Source: Chiloscyllium plagiosum (Eukaryota). From it: DNA of 64,000 bases. This document shows, piece after piece, positions 37,998-51,699 of the stretch. Under the pieces are notes generated by a model. That model was not told the origin of the DNA. It saw nothing but the letters and a program-made list of their open reading frames with translations, and ran no database searches. Positions within the stretch are counted from its first letter, which is position 1; the number at the start of each line of letters is the position of its first letter. Both the position numbers and the translations under genes were made by a program. The DNA is taken from the NCBI RefSeq assembly GCF_004010195.1, contig NC_057744.1:23755401-23819400 (forward strand), given 5' to 3'.

Positions 37998-40749
37998 GTT
38001 AGTAAGTCCTCTATTCCAATCTCTGTCACACAGCTCAAATTTAAATTGATCACAAATATTACTGATGCTGAATAAAAACTAAGATTACTGCTGGATCATG
38101 TAAAACAATACAAATATAATAGTTATATCATTGACATTTCCACATATGTTCTAAAGATGTTCACATTTATATAGAATGAATGAATGGAAATTTTGAACAA
38201 TAAATTGCATAATTATCTGACATTTATAAGTTGAATACTTTGCAGGAAATGTCCTGTGAATTGAAGTTGAGAGGGAGGTTCTGACACTAAAATCCATAGT
38301 GTCTAAAAGTAATGTGATTTGTCGCTGTATGGAATCCTTAAGAGTACAAACGGATGTCAGTTTATAACATAACTCTAACATCATGTTACAACAATTACTT
38401 AATTAGTCAACTTAGATTATATACAATAAAAATTACAAGCTACTAATAAAACTCAACTTTGTAGGAGCGGGCTGGTTGATTACAGCCTGTACTCTGACTA
38501 TAATGAACAAATATGACTATATTCTTCTTGGATTTGTAACTTGAAAACAAACTGTCTACTCTTAGGTGTGATTCTGCAATTAGGCAGCACTTACTGAGTA
38601 CACTGATAACTGCATAAAAAAACAATCTAAGATTATCAGTAGAGATTTTAACATGCCTTGTTTACACTCATTAGAATTGTCATCCATTCATACACAGTCT
38701 TCTCTTCTTTGCAAACATAGGAACTCTATAAATCATACTCTGTGAAATTCACTTCAAAATTTAGGCCACAATATTAACTTAGAAGCATATTGCAAATTGG
38801 GGCAATGTGTCTTATAAAAACAGAAATGTAAAACGATTAATAATCTAAAGCAAAGAACTACAGGTGCTGGAGATTGGAAATAAAACAGAAATTACCGGAG
38901 AAACTAAGCAGGTCTGGCAGCATTTGTGGAGAGAAAGTAGAGTAAAAATTTCAAGTCTGGCGATTCAATGGATTTAAAACTTTAACTATATTTATTTTCC
39001 ACTGGTGCTGCCAGACCTGCTGACCTCCAGCAATTTCTGCTTTTGAATATAGAAAGATGTATGGAGAGAAGTAGGCTATTCCATGCATGCTGTAAAAGAG
39101 CTTCCAGCCTAACCAACATTCAGTTCCTTGTCCATAGATATATAGGCTATGATACTTCAAGGCTCGATATCTTTTTTCTTTCTCCTGAATTTGTATGCCT
39201 TTACAATCTCGTCAGGCAGTGAGTTCCTGACTCCCTTCACTGAGTGGCTGAAAAAACAAAGTCACTTCAGTTTCTTTCTATTGCTTCTATCAAGCTATGG
39301 CCCCTGGTTGTTGATAGCTCTGCAAATGGAAATAGGCCATTTCTAACAATTCTATCTAGATCCCTCATAATGCTATACAAATAAGTTATATCCCCATTCA
39401 GCTTCCTCATTTTAAAGAAAGAAACCTTGATATCACATGTAAAATCCATATACAGGCTTGATACATTTAATGATGACTGCAGATCGTCAAATATTTTGCA
39501 GGCTGAGTTAGCTATATTCTTGATTGGCAATGAAGTAAAAGGATATAGGAGGTAGCAGAAAACTAGATTTAAAGCTACATTCATCAGGCATGAAGTTATG
39601 AAATAGTGGAGAGAGTTCGAAGGGCCAATTTTCATTTTGTTTTACATGCATAAGACATGTGTCCATACATGATTGCACATGAAAGTGGTGGTGGAAAGTT
39701 GTCTTCATGAAACATTGCTATCTTGCAATGTAAGTATGCCCTCGGTTTTCTATTTTTGCCCTTCTACACAGTAGATGTTGGGTGTTTGGGATGTGCTGTG
39801 GAAGGGACCACAGTGATTGTGCACTTACAGATTATATGCAAAGCTGTTCATTGTGCTTTAGTGGTGGAGGAAATGACGGCTGAACTATGGATGAGGCACC
39901 AATCAGTGTCTTGGTTGGCAGTGAGTTTCTTGAGTCTTACTGAAGATATACCCATCCAAGCAACTGAAGAGTATTGCATCAAACTCCTGATTTGCGTTCT
40001 GTAGATTATAGACACTGTGGAGACAGGGGCGAGTTATTTGTCACTGAATTTCTAGTCTCTAATCTGCTGTTGATATAGTATTTATTGGGCTGTTCTAGCT
40101 CAGTTTCTAGTCAATGATAATACTCAGGTCGTTGATAGTCGGTGAATCCAATTATATCAATGTCAAGTGGAGAGGGTCAGAACTTTTCTTCACAGAGATG
40201 GTCATTTCATGCACTTATGCAATGTAAATAGTATTTGCCACTTATAAGATCAAGCCTGAATGTTGCCCAGGTCTTGTTATGGACGTATGCTGTTCCAATG
40301 TCTGAGGAGTCATGAATAGTGCTAAACATTGTGCAATCATTAGTGACTCTCCATTTCTACTCCTATAAAGAAAGGATGGTCATTCATGAAGCACACAAAG
40401 ATGGTTAGGCCTAGGATTTTATCCTGAGGAGCTCTTGAAATCTTGATACTGTGATGATTGATGCCCAAGCACAAAGCCATAAATTCCATTTTCTGTGTCT
40501 GGAGCTGTCAGCTGTAGAGTTCGTTAGCTGAATAGTTTAACAATGTGACATTTAATCATATGATGTTCCATTGTTGGTGACATTTGATACTGCCCAAAAA
40601 TAAGGCAGAATGTCTGGGGAGTGTTTCGATAGGTCACTCAAGATAGTTCAAGTGTCAGTGAGCTGCATTTCAAGGTCAGTCCATTTTTGGATTTAGCTGT
40701 CAGAGAAGAGATCAGTGGGCTGAAAATGGCTTCACAAGGATCCAGTGAT

Positions 40750-40954
40750 TGGAATGATGTCAGCCAAGTGGACCTCATAGAATATAAGTTATCTGATTGG
40801 GGCTGTTAACCTGGTCTAATCAGGGAGTCCTGGCTGACAGATAAAAAACAAGAGTGTCAGGGTTTCTGCACACTTCAGGAGCCAACTCAGCGCTAGCTGG
40901 GTCAGTGTCATTTACTACGCATGTGTAAATATAGGCTGACTTGGAGATATTTCA
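40750..40954 (+). mobile_element. Probable solo LTR remnant
   Basis: TG...CA ends, internal inverted gtcagcca / tggctgac and ctgatt / aatcag, TATA-like gataaaaa. Resembles LTR-like repeats recalled from shark genomes. Confidence 0.4.
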
Positions 40955-41519
40955 AGGGGCAAAATAGAGTTGAAGAAACCCAGGTACACTGCTGCCATGA
41001 TCAGCTGACTTTTAACTTTGAATCAGACCATTGTAAGTTTGAATCTGGTTGCCTGGCAACTACTTGAAGGCCAAAGAAGTCGCAATTTTGCTTCCAGACT
41101 AAATATGAGGGTTCTTCAGAGAGCATGAAGCTAGACCTACAAATATGAAGATTTGAGATCTCTTGTGAAGATGATGAAGTTCTAGTGAGATTTGGTGATC
41201 CATAGTGTCACAAACAATGAGGTGGGTTGCTGAGAATTCAGTGAGAACTATCTTGCCCCCATTAGTTATTTGATAAGTTCAGTGAGATATTCAATTCACA
41301 GTTTATCTGGTGACCAATGTTTACCTCATGTTAATTCTCCATTGTAAGTTACGTGTAAACAACAAGTAGTTTTACTTTTCTAAATGTACAATAGCATTTA
41401 TTTTATTTATATAAAATGGTGGAATCTTGTGTCTTTATTGGCTTAAATACAGGCATCATTGCTCCCTAACTAAATCATAATCAATTTTGATGACTGACAC
41501 CCAGTCAGTAGGGCCTAGG

Positions 41520-42400
41520 TCTAAACATGAACAAAACAGCTGAATTCCAAAGGTGAGGTGAGTAACTGCCCTCGACATCAGGGCCACATTTGATAGAGTG
41601 TGGCATCAAGAAGATCTAGCAAACCTAGAGTCATTGGGATTCAGTGGACTAATCTCCATTAGTTAGAGTTGTATCTGGTACACAGGAAGTGGCTGTGGGT
41701 TGTTGGGTTCAAAATTGGCAAGTAACATTCACACCACACAAATACTAGGTAATGACCATGTTCAACAAAACTGAATCTATCCATCATCCCTTGACATTCA
41801 ATGGAATTACCATCACCAAAACACTCATTATTCACATCCTGGGAGTTAGAATTGACCAGAAACTGAATTGGACTGGACTAGCCATAAATACAATGACTAA
41901 AATAAGAGGTCAAAGACTAGGAAGCCTGTAGTGAGGAAGTCATTTTCTGACTCTCCAGAATCTGTCCACCATCAACAAGTCAGAGTGAGTTCAGCTCCAA
42001 CATCACTCAAGGAGCTTGACACCATCGAAGACAAAACGGCCCACTTGATTGGTACCTCATTCACAATAACCACTACTTCACCACTGACACTCATATAACA
42101 ATATGCACCATCTACAGGATGCACTGCAGGAATTCACGAGCACCTTACAAACCACAATCACTTCCAATCAGAGGGATAATGGCAGCAGATACAAGGGACC
42201 ACCATCACCTGTAAGATCCGCTCACCAACCTGATTTGGAAATGTATTTCTCCTTCAATGTTTCTGGTTCAAAATCCTGGATCTCCCTCCTGAACGGTCTA
42301 CCTGCGGTTCAAGAAGGCAACTCACCATCACCTTCCCAAGGACAACAAGGAATGGGCAATAAATGCTGGCCCAGCCAGAAACACCCGTATTTCATGTATG
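41520..42400 (+). mobile_element. Degenerate L2/CR1-group LINE fragment
   Basis: ALDIRATFDRVWH and WQVTFTPHK-type remnants, with a shared 3' end (gggcaataaatgctggcccagcc). Confidence 0.6.
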
Positions 42401-42466
42401 AGCTTTCTAAAATTGGTAATCTCATCTGGGAATGTAGCATAAATTTGGTGGTCTTGTCCACTATAT

Positions 42467-42763
42467 TAGATTACTTACAGTAATCTTCGGCCCAACATGT
42501 CCACACCGACCTGCAACCCACCCAGATGCATTCCCCTACAATTACCCCTTAACCTAACACTACGGGCAATTTAGCGTGGTCAATTCACCTAACCTGCATA
42601 TTTTTGGACTGTGGGAGGAAACCGGACCACCCGGAGGAAACCCACACAGACACGGGGAGAATGTGCAGATTCCACACAGTCAAGTCGCTTGAGGCGGGAA
42701 TTGAACCCGGGTCTGCTGGCGCTGTGAGGCAGCAGTGCTAACCACTGTGCCACCGTGCCGCCC
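42467..42763 (-). mobile_element. HE1-type SINE
   Basis: Head gggcggcacggtggcacagtggttagcactgctgcc on the - strand. Confidence 0.85.
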
Positions 42764-43639
42764 ATATTGATATCAATGTAATGCTTCCTTTCTAGTCATA
42801 ACAACCATCTTCCTTTGTTCTAGGTGTATTTCCAGTCACTGAAGGATTATTTACCCTGGTTCCAATTATTCCAATTTTGATTGGGCTTTTTAATGCCATA
42901 CTCAGTTAAAGCATCCCTGTATCAAGGGCAGCCACCCTGCCCTCACCTCCGAGGTTCAATTCTTTCGTTCATGTTTAGACCAAGGTTGTAATGGGGTTAG
43001 AGGCCAAATGATCTCGATGGGACGCAAAGTGTGCAGTAGTCAGCAGGCTATTGTGAAGTAATTGCCACTAGATAGCACTATCCATTTGGTTTCTGAACTA
43101 AATATGTTGGTTGAAACTGAAACCAACATGGTCATTCTAAAAGATGAGAGACTTAACAAAAAATCCAGGTCTTTTTCAATATATCATTTCAGTGGCATCA
43201 CACCACAATCACCTGATGGAGCAGCGCTCTGAAAGCTCGTGCTTCCAAATAAACCTGTTGGACTATAAGCTGGTACTGTGTGATTTTTAACATGATACTT
43301 TCCAACACTTCTTTTCACAGGGCAAGAATGTCCAGCAAGACTAAACATTATAATTTTCTTAAATAGGGGAACAGATACCTTAACATTGATCTTATAATGC
43401 CACATTGATTAGCACCAATGTATACCATAAAAAAATGTTGACAATAAAATGCAGCCACCCCCACAGTGAAAATGTCATGGGAAAGAGGAATCCACAGCAG
43501 GCATTTACACATGTTGCCCACTGCTCTCCTTCTGTCAGCACCTGACATTTATTTCTTTATTCCTTTATTCTTCTGTTTTATTCCTGTGATTTCGTATTTT
43601 TCTAATTTATTCCTAAGAATCTGTATTTAAGTGTCTGTA

Positions 43640-44490
43640 CTAGGCTAAATAGGTTGGGGATATTTTTCCTGGACCATTGGATATTGAGGGGTGACCTTAT
43701 AGAGGTTTAGAAAACTATAAGGGCATGGATAGGGTGAATAACCAAGGTCTTTTCCCTGGAGTGAGGGAGTCCAGAACTAGAGGGCATCGGTTTAATGTGA
43801 GAAGGGAAAGATTTACGAAGGACATGAAGGGCAACTTTTTCAGACAGAGGCAGGTGCCTGTGTGGAATGAGCTGCCAAAGGAAGTGGTGGAGGCTGGTAA
43901 AATTACAACATTTAAAAGGCATTTTAAAGATAGATGAATAGGAAGGGCTTGGAGGGATAGGGGCCAAATGCTGGCAAATGGGACTAGATTAATTTAATAT
44001 ATCTGGTCGACCTGGATGATTTGGACAGGTCATTTTCCATGCTGCACAGCTCTATGACTGGATGAGAAGAGAGACTGAACAATTTAGGCATATGAATTTA
44101 CAAGAATAAGAGGAGATCTATTTGACATATGAAAGATGCTAAAGATGTATCGCAAAGTAGATGCAGCAAGGATGTTTCCTTGTGGAGAACTTTAAAATGA
44201 GAGCTCACAGTTTTAGGATAAGGGGTAGCTGATTTAACACAGAAATGAAGGCAAAGTACTTCTCTCAATGGGTCGTGAATCTGTGGAATTTACTATTCCA
44301 GTTTGCGGTGGTTGTTGGGACATTGAGTAAATTTAAGCAGGAGATTGACAGATATGTAATTAGCAATGGGTTGAAGGGTTGTGGAGAGTGTGCAGGAAAG
44401 TAAAAGCGAAGATGAGATCAGCGGTGATCATATTAGATGGAGCAGAGGCTCAAACTCTTGAATTGCTCATTCCTGCTCCAAGTTCTTCCA
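43640..44490 (+). mobile_element. Two CR1 3' fragments
   Basis: SRTRGHRF..GNFFRQR..WNELPKEVVEA motifs and 3' UTRs. Confidence 0.8.
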
Positions 44491-45521
44491 ATTCTTGAGT
44501 TTCAATTAAAATAAACTTTGCACCTGGCTGGAGTTATACTGCATTTCAGGTAAACTTCAAAAGGACTATAATTACTGACTGCATCTGAATCATTTCTTTT
44601 TTTAATTTGTTGGGGAATTAGATTTTTGACCCAAACCAAAATTTTCACTTTAAGTAACACCCTCATACCACTTCTCTTTTGACATAATAGTGATAATGTA
44701 ACTGTGTGAATTGGTTTAGCTCAGCTGACAGAGCAGTGCGATTCCAACAGTGTGGATTCAGTTCCCATCACTGGTTTGAGGTTACCATGAAGGACTGTCC
44801 TACTCAACCTCTTCCCTTGCCTGAGTTCTGGTGGTCCTCAGGGTGAATCACTACAAGTTGCCTCTCCCTAATGAGAGTGCAGCCACTATGGCGACACAAC
44901 AAAATGTAACTGTGTATCAACACTGAAACAGGAGTAGGCCATTCAGTCTTTCAAAATTTTATGTCATTATACTCAATCATAGCTGAACCTCAATCTACTT
45001 CACTTATTTGCATTTTCTCCTCATAATTTGATATCTTTATTTAACCAAAGTCAATAGATAGGGATCAACAATACCTCAATCCATCATCAGTGTTCACATT
45101 TAAACAAACTCTTGCAACATCATAATTTATTAATTAACATCAAAGCAATTTACTATTGCAGATATTGGATGAAAAATGTTGCAACATACAATGTAAACCT
45201 TTAAAAGGTTTACAGGACTCAGTTTAAAGAAAATGTGGAGTTAAATCACTCAGCTAATGCAGAATCAGTAAGGTAATTTTGGTCTTGAAATTCCAAAAGA
45301 TTGGCTGCTTTAATTATGCATAAACTGCAGAGAATCAATGTAAATATTTGAGAAAATCTATTTATGTTCCTTAACTTTGGAATTCCACCAGTGTCCAATC
45401 ACCATTAAAGCAGGAGATTTAGACAATGCTTGGAATTTTATTGAAATTGTGGTCATAATGTATCCAACACTCAAATATAATTAATTACATAATAAAGTTT
45501 ATATCTTATGAACTAATTGTT

Positions 45522-45729
45522 ATGATTTGGAGATGCCGGTGTTGGACTGGGGTGTACAAAGTTAAAAATCACACAACACCAGGTTATAGTCCAACAGGTT
45601 TAATTGGAAGCACAGTAGCTTTCGGAGCAACGCTCCTTCATCAGGTGATTGTGACAAAATCACACTATCCGAAAGCTAGTGTGCTTCCAATTAAACCTGT
45701 TGGACTATAACCTGGTGTTGTGTGATTTT
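45522..45729. mobile_element. Palindromic Penelope-derived insert in gene B intron 1, with an intact antisense hammerhead core at 45616-45644
   Basis: Inverted arms. gaactaattgtt (45510-45521) and gaattaattgtt (45730-45741) flank the insert. Confidence 0.8.
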
Positions 45730-46999
45730 GAATTAATTGTTGTTCTTGTGAAATAAGCCACTATTTTGAAATCACACTGTGTGACTTTGGTCATTTTTTT
45801 AGCATTCCAATTCTGAGAAAATAATTATTTGAAGCTCCCTGGCTATTTTATGTATGTATGTATATTATTTATTTAATTAAATTGCTAATTTCTCATAAAT
45901 TTTATACGATCATAGCTGTCATTGCATTTAATATTGTTAGATATGAACTCAAGTGTCTTTTGTTAACTTTTTATCATTTTACTATCTCAATCTTGCAGTG
46001 GTCAGTTTCTTAGAATCTTTTAAAGAAATATAGTGTAGAGTGATGCGTTGAGTCTTAATGGTCACTAAAATGCTAATGCATGCACTCAGTTGAGTCAAAC
46101 TGTGACATAAAAATGGCACTGTGGGTGTATTTATACTCCATTGATTGCAGACATTCAAAAAGGCAGCAATTTGCCTTTGAGAGTAATGCTTTCCTTTTAC
46201 GTGATGTTCAAATGTTTTTAAATCAACGTTTTAAATGTCAGTTTCTCAGGCTTGTAGATTTCAGTGTGAGGTGTTTGATTCGTCAGTGGATTGACTATTA
46301 AGACAGATTATTTGGATACATTGCATATGGAACTTATTCAGTCTGGAGGTACTTTATGCATTCTGGGTTACCTCATGTGCAGGAATTGCTGCCTGTTGTT
46401 TGAGCTCATGTTACAATCAGCACGTGACAAATGACTAGAGCCACTGCAGTGCAATTGAAAATCAAAGACTGAGTACTGACTGATGTGGTCACCTCCGAAG
46501 GCAATGTGAGGTAACAACATTAGAGAATAGGAAAGGCACAGGTAGTGTCGAAGTTCCCCAAATCAGTAAACTTGAAAACTAGATTATACTTTTGGATAAG
46601 GAGATTTTGTCAGAACTTCTTGAAGAAGTGCAGCAATAATCAAAACTGGCAGATAGAAAACTGCTGAAACACCAGAAAGATTTGAAATGCAACAGTCATA
46701 GGTGAGTCAATAGTTAGGGGCAAAGCAACTGCATGCGTGAGTCCCAAATACTGTCTGTCTTGTGTCAGGCAAATAGTAAATGCTGTAACTTCCTTCATTA
46801 TGGAATCACTTCCTTTCTTGTAGCAAAATGATGAACATGTTCAGCGTGCATTGGTTGGACTGAAAGGCCTGTTTCCATGCTCTGTGAATATATGACTCGA
46901 CATGAATTATAAATGTAGATTAACAGATATTAAATATTACCCATGATTTGTCTGACTGAGTCTAATATTACTAACAATTGATATATTTTGTTCCATTAG

Positions 47000-47347
47000 G
47001 TAATCCAGTGATCAGGGAGGTGTCTCAGCCGGCTCTGGTCAGCATCCTGAGAGGAAAGCCAGCCACATTAAACTGTACATTTAATTATATTGCAAATGAC
47101 AGTAATTGGATCTATGTATCCTGGTACAAGACCTCACATGGGATGACTGAGAGATACAATTCAGAGAATAATCTGACCTGCATCCCTGACATTGCTCCAG
47201 GTATTTTTCACCACTGTGCTGCAACTCTGAAGATCGAAAACGTTTCTTTTAGAATGTCTGATTCGAATTATACATGTGTAGTGAAGGTACCAACTATCTA
47301 CCCACCAATCGAGGAAAAAGGACCAGGAACACAATTGCATGTTGTTG
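47000..47347 (+). CDS. Gene B exon 2: V-set Ig domain with J-like G strand (NKp30/CD28/NFAM1-like VJ type)
   Basis: ttccattag| ... |gtaaag, phase 1-1, 348 nt. VSQP..ATLNC..VSWYK..C-x11-C..LKIENVS..NYTC..IYPPI..GPGTQLHV. Confidence 0.92.
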
Positions 47348-49087
47348 GTAAAGTGTATATTCATTTATAAATATGTCCACATATGAAATAACTATTTTTA
47401 TAAAGTATCAAAAATTTAAAGTTAATGGAATATCATGTCCTTTGATTTCATTAATGAATTGCTGCAAGCATGAGCTGGATTTTGACTTTTAGTATCCCAG
47501 TCTTGAGGCCAAGCTGAGGTTGTGACCTTTCGCCATGACAGGGCAGGCACGTCCTTATAATTCTTGGCCAGACATTGTGCATTCTGCCAAATTGAAGCTG
47601 GTGGGATTGGCCGGTGAAGCTGGAAGGTCAACAAGATGACCTCCAGCAATCCACCTTTGAAGGTAAAGGAGAGAGACTGTGCCTCCATCATGAGATGTTT
47701 TCTTTGCACTTTTGAATCTTAACAAGCCCTGACTGTTAGGCCACCACTGTGGAAGGAGGAGCTCTAAATAGGGTGACCCGTAGCCACAGTTGTGACTAAG
47801 TAGACAGGGAGGGCCTCCAGCCTATTGCACTAGCCACCATGCCTACTATCTGGAAATCACCTTCAGGGAGTTGGCTTGCTCTGGAAATTCCATTAGGCCA
47901 CGGAAAATTGGCTTCAATTGACTTTCCATTCTCTTGAGTTAGCCTTGAGTCATTTGTGGCCTGATGGTAGGATGATATCGGCATGTAATGGTACTGAATT
48001 ATGCAGCCACCCACTGTCTCCATACTTGCTACCCCAATGGGGCGGAAATTCAGTCATGTGTAAGTGCAGTTACATGCAAGATAATTACTTAATTATGTCT
48101 GATGCAAGATTGAATCAACTAATTGAGAATTCTCACTGGGAGACTGCAAAATGTGTTTTTGGATATATATGCAATCACTTAGAAATTGACATCATTAACT
48201 GCAATAGCTCTAATTAGGCTTCTTATTTCAATATTCATATGTTGGCATACTATAATTCAACATTTCCCATTCTAATTTTTATCATCTCAATCTTTTTTAA
48301 TATTTCAAATTAACTTAAGATCTTGTCAAGAAATCCATTTTTTAGATCATTCATTCCTTGAATATGCAGTATCTTATATAAAAATTTTTCCATAAATCCC
48401 ACACAATTTCTGGATACCTATTGGTCTCTTAAAACAACAATGTAATTATGAAGCATCATGTCAATATAAAGAGGATGTTTACAGCAGACATGTTACAATA
48501 AGTGATCCATGGCATAGGAAGAGCTGAGTTCCACTTTGGAATGCAACTGAAACGTTTGGGCTTAAAGATGTGCAAGTCCAAAGATGTGCAAGTTAGGCAG
48601 ATTGGCTATGATAAGTTGCCCATAGTGTTCACGGATGTGCAGACTAGGTGGGTTAGCCATGGGAAATGCAGGGGTATAAGGATAGGGGGATAGGTCTGGA
48701 TGGGATGATGTTTAGTATGGACCTGTTGGGATGAATGGCCTGTTTTCACACTCGATAGATTCTATGGTGATTCTGAAATTCCCATTGAAAACAAAATGAG
48801 GCTTCATGCAAACCAGTACATTTTTGACAAAATCTTAAGCATGAATAACTGAAAGACAATTTGCTTCACTCATAGAAAAGAACTTTTATGTGACTGACAC
48901 TCAATGGATTAGTCAATCTCCCAAACTGAGATAAAAATTATAAGCTCTGCATAACCTCTGCATGATTAATTTATTGAAATGAAGTTGCCAAGTGCATTGC
49001 ATGTGTAGAACCTGCTTGACATTGACTTGTTATTGTCTTCTTTAGTATTTATATTCAGCATGACTTATTTTGCATTTTATGTTACAG

Positions 49088-49426
49088 TTCCACCATCTCC
49101 TCCAGCAATTTCTGTTACTCAGGAAACATTAGTAGCAGAGAAGGTATCTTCACTGTACTGCCTTGCTGGGGGATTTTATCCTCAGTCTATCTCCATTAAA
49201 TGGTTGCAAGCAATCCTAGACAATTCTCAATCTTCACCAGCAGATGCTGAAACAAGATACAGGACTCAAGAGTTCACCTTCAGCAACATGGATGGAACAT
49301 TTAACACTACTAGTCAATTGACATTTGTTCCCACTTCACAAGACCATGGATTAATCTATACTTGTCAGGTCCATCATTCAACTAGTGAAAAGCAAATAAT
49401 AAAGCAGATAAGGCTAAAGGTGAATT
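49088..49426 (+). CDS. Gene B exon 3: C1-set Ig domain
   Basis: gttacag| ... |gtaagt, phase 1-1, 339 nt. CLAGGFYPQSISIKW, NMDGTFNTTSQL and YTCQVHH (Ig/MHC signature YxCxVxH). Confidence 0.92.
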
Positions 49427-50645
49427 GTAAGTATATTACCTTAATGTGTTTTTCTGATGGGCGTAACTGTGGCATACACCTAATGTAAGCCTGAAGGGGA
49501 CTAGATGCCAAATATTTCACTGAAGCTTTACAAGACGATTATGCAATTTTAGCCTAGAGTGTACATATGATGACAGGCTGAGTTGGAATGTCCAAGATAA
49601 CGTTGTCCTTTCAACTCTGCTATATGGGTCCAAAATCCAACTCAGATGATTGAGATGAAGACATTCTGGTTGTAATCACCATAAAGAGTACAAGAATCTC
49701 AATGAACCTGGTCCTGCAGGAGGAGTGTTTTTTATTGAACTTATCATTTCATAGTGTAGAAAGAATTCAACTTTGAATCTGAATGTGGTTGGATTTGGGA
49801 AATGCCATGTGATAATTGGAATTGCAATGCCCTTGAAGTAAACTAACTTGAACAACACTGGTAGGTAGGAACACTGGAACTTCAGCTGTGATATAAGAGT
49901 AAATTGAAAAGTTCCTCTGAAGAACTTGCACAGTTCTGGTGGGCGAAATATGTGCCTTACAATTTGATAATATTTTTAAATTTGTTCATAGAAGTGATAA
50001 GTTGGATCTGTGCTTACTCCTCCCTGAAAAGAATGGTTTCAAACCAATGGATCCATGTCTAAACTGAGGAAAATAATGATAAAAAGAGAAACCAGGAGAC
50101 ATTTCTTTCACATACTCAAAAACTTAGATTAAGGGAAATTTTGAGATGATGAGGTTTATCTTCATAAAATGGTTTTAGGGCCTTTCCCTATTCACAAAAC
50201 ATCTTGACAAAGACAGACTAATTTTCTGGGAGAGAATGATGGAATACAGTTTTACACTTAAAGCTTTGCATACTTTTTATCACAACTACATACCTGGGGA
50301 GCAATGACTATGATTCTTGTGGTGGTACAAGAGGAAAGGAAGCAGAAATTCGATAGCAAGTTAACGCTTTTCTCTCTCTCAGTACTGATTTGAATGTAAT
50401 CTTGTGAGTAGTTGTCTGTTTGTCTTTTGCTTAGGAATTAATGTGAATAAGATTCCATTTAACAACCCATTCTTCCATAAGTGCTTTGTTTTTAAAGAGT
50501 TATGTGGCCTGGCAAATTACAATACAGAAAAGATTAATTTGAATGCTTTTAATTCCAGTCAGTTTTATTTATTCTCTGACATATTCTCTGAGGTTGAGTC
50601 TGCTTCTATGACTAATTATTTCTCATTTCCTTTGTTCTGATTCAG

Positions 50646-50963
50646 ATGGTCCAAAACTTGTCATATATTACAGGACTTCTGACACAGATATGTTCCATCG
50701 ACTGGACCAAGAACACATCCATGTTAAGCATCAGACATTTCTCGAACTAAACTGTACAGCGGACAGTAACCCAGTAGCCACAGTGATATGGAAAAAGATA
50801 TCCCAGGAACAAAGCTTGCAATTGGCTGCTGGAGTAAACATTTCAATACTGAAGATAGCAAGTATTGAATATTCAGACAGTGGAGCATATCTTTGTGGAG
50901 CACAAAATGATTATGGCTTTCAAGAATTTCCTGTAAATATATACCTAAAATCTGATTTGGGAA
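50646..50963 (+). CDS. Gene B exon 4: C2/I-set Ig domain
   Basis: gattcag| ... |gtaagt, phase 1-1, 318 nt. YGP..LNCTADSNPVATVIWKK..LKI..DSGAYLCGAQNDYG. Confidence 0.9.
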
Positions 50964-51121
50964 GTAAGTGCAAAAGCAAATGCTCCTCTCTTTATGAATG
51001 CTCGGTTCAGAACAAACTGAGAAATGAGTAATTAATTATAAATGGAATTCATTTTTTCCAAGGCCTATTCATTTGCCAAACTGGGATAATGTGTTCCTAT
51101 AGAATATGGCCTATAGATAAA

Positions 51122-51310
51122 ATAGTTAGAGACAGAATAACTGCAGATGCTGGAATCCAAGGTAGATAAGCAGGAGGTTGGAAGAACACAGCAAGCCAGG
51201 CAGCGTAAGGAGGTAGACAAATAGATTCCGGAGTTACACCCGAAATGTCGACTTCTCCACCTCCTGGTGCTGCCTGGCTTTCTGTATTCTTCAGCTTCCC
51301 ATTTGTCTAT
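51122..51310. mobile_element. Palindromic Penelope-derived insert with 11-bp TSD
   Basis: CTATAGATAAA occurs at 51111-51121 and 51311-51321, with inverted arms inside. Confidence 0.7.
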
Positions 51311-51699
51311 CTATAGATAAACTATGCCAGTGATCAATATGGTCATAAGCAATAAAAAATAGAATCTCAAAGACATTAGGTAAATGCATGAATTCTTCAA
51401 TGTTTAATCTTTAGTTCTTCAACATGACAAAAATATATATGGATTTGTCTTCCATTCTTAGAGATTACTAGAAATTTCATTTTCCTTCACTTGAACCATC
51501 TAACTCTAACGAGATTGCGAAATATTAATATGTACGTGACCAGGCACTCATCCAAAAAGTCTGTATTCCACAGAGAAGTTAACCACAAAGAGGAACACCA
51601 CTTTAGGTCTTAGTTTGGAAGTTTACTTGTGGAAGCTGAAGGAAGCCCAGGCCAATTGGAAACCAGGCAAATGACATTTAACTTCAGCAGAAAGTGGAG

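Noticed and set aside
7300-47400. Rearranging Ig/TCR V segments
   Set aside because: Both V exons already include the G strand and end in splice donors. No heptamer/nonamer RSS was seen after them.
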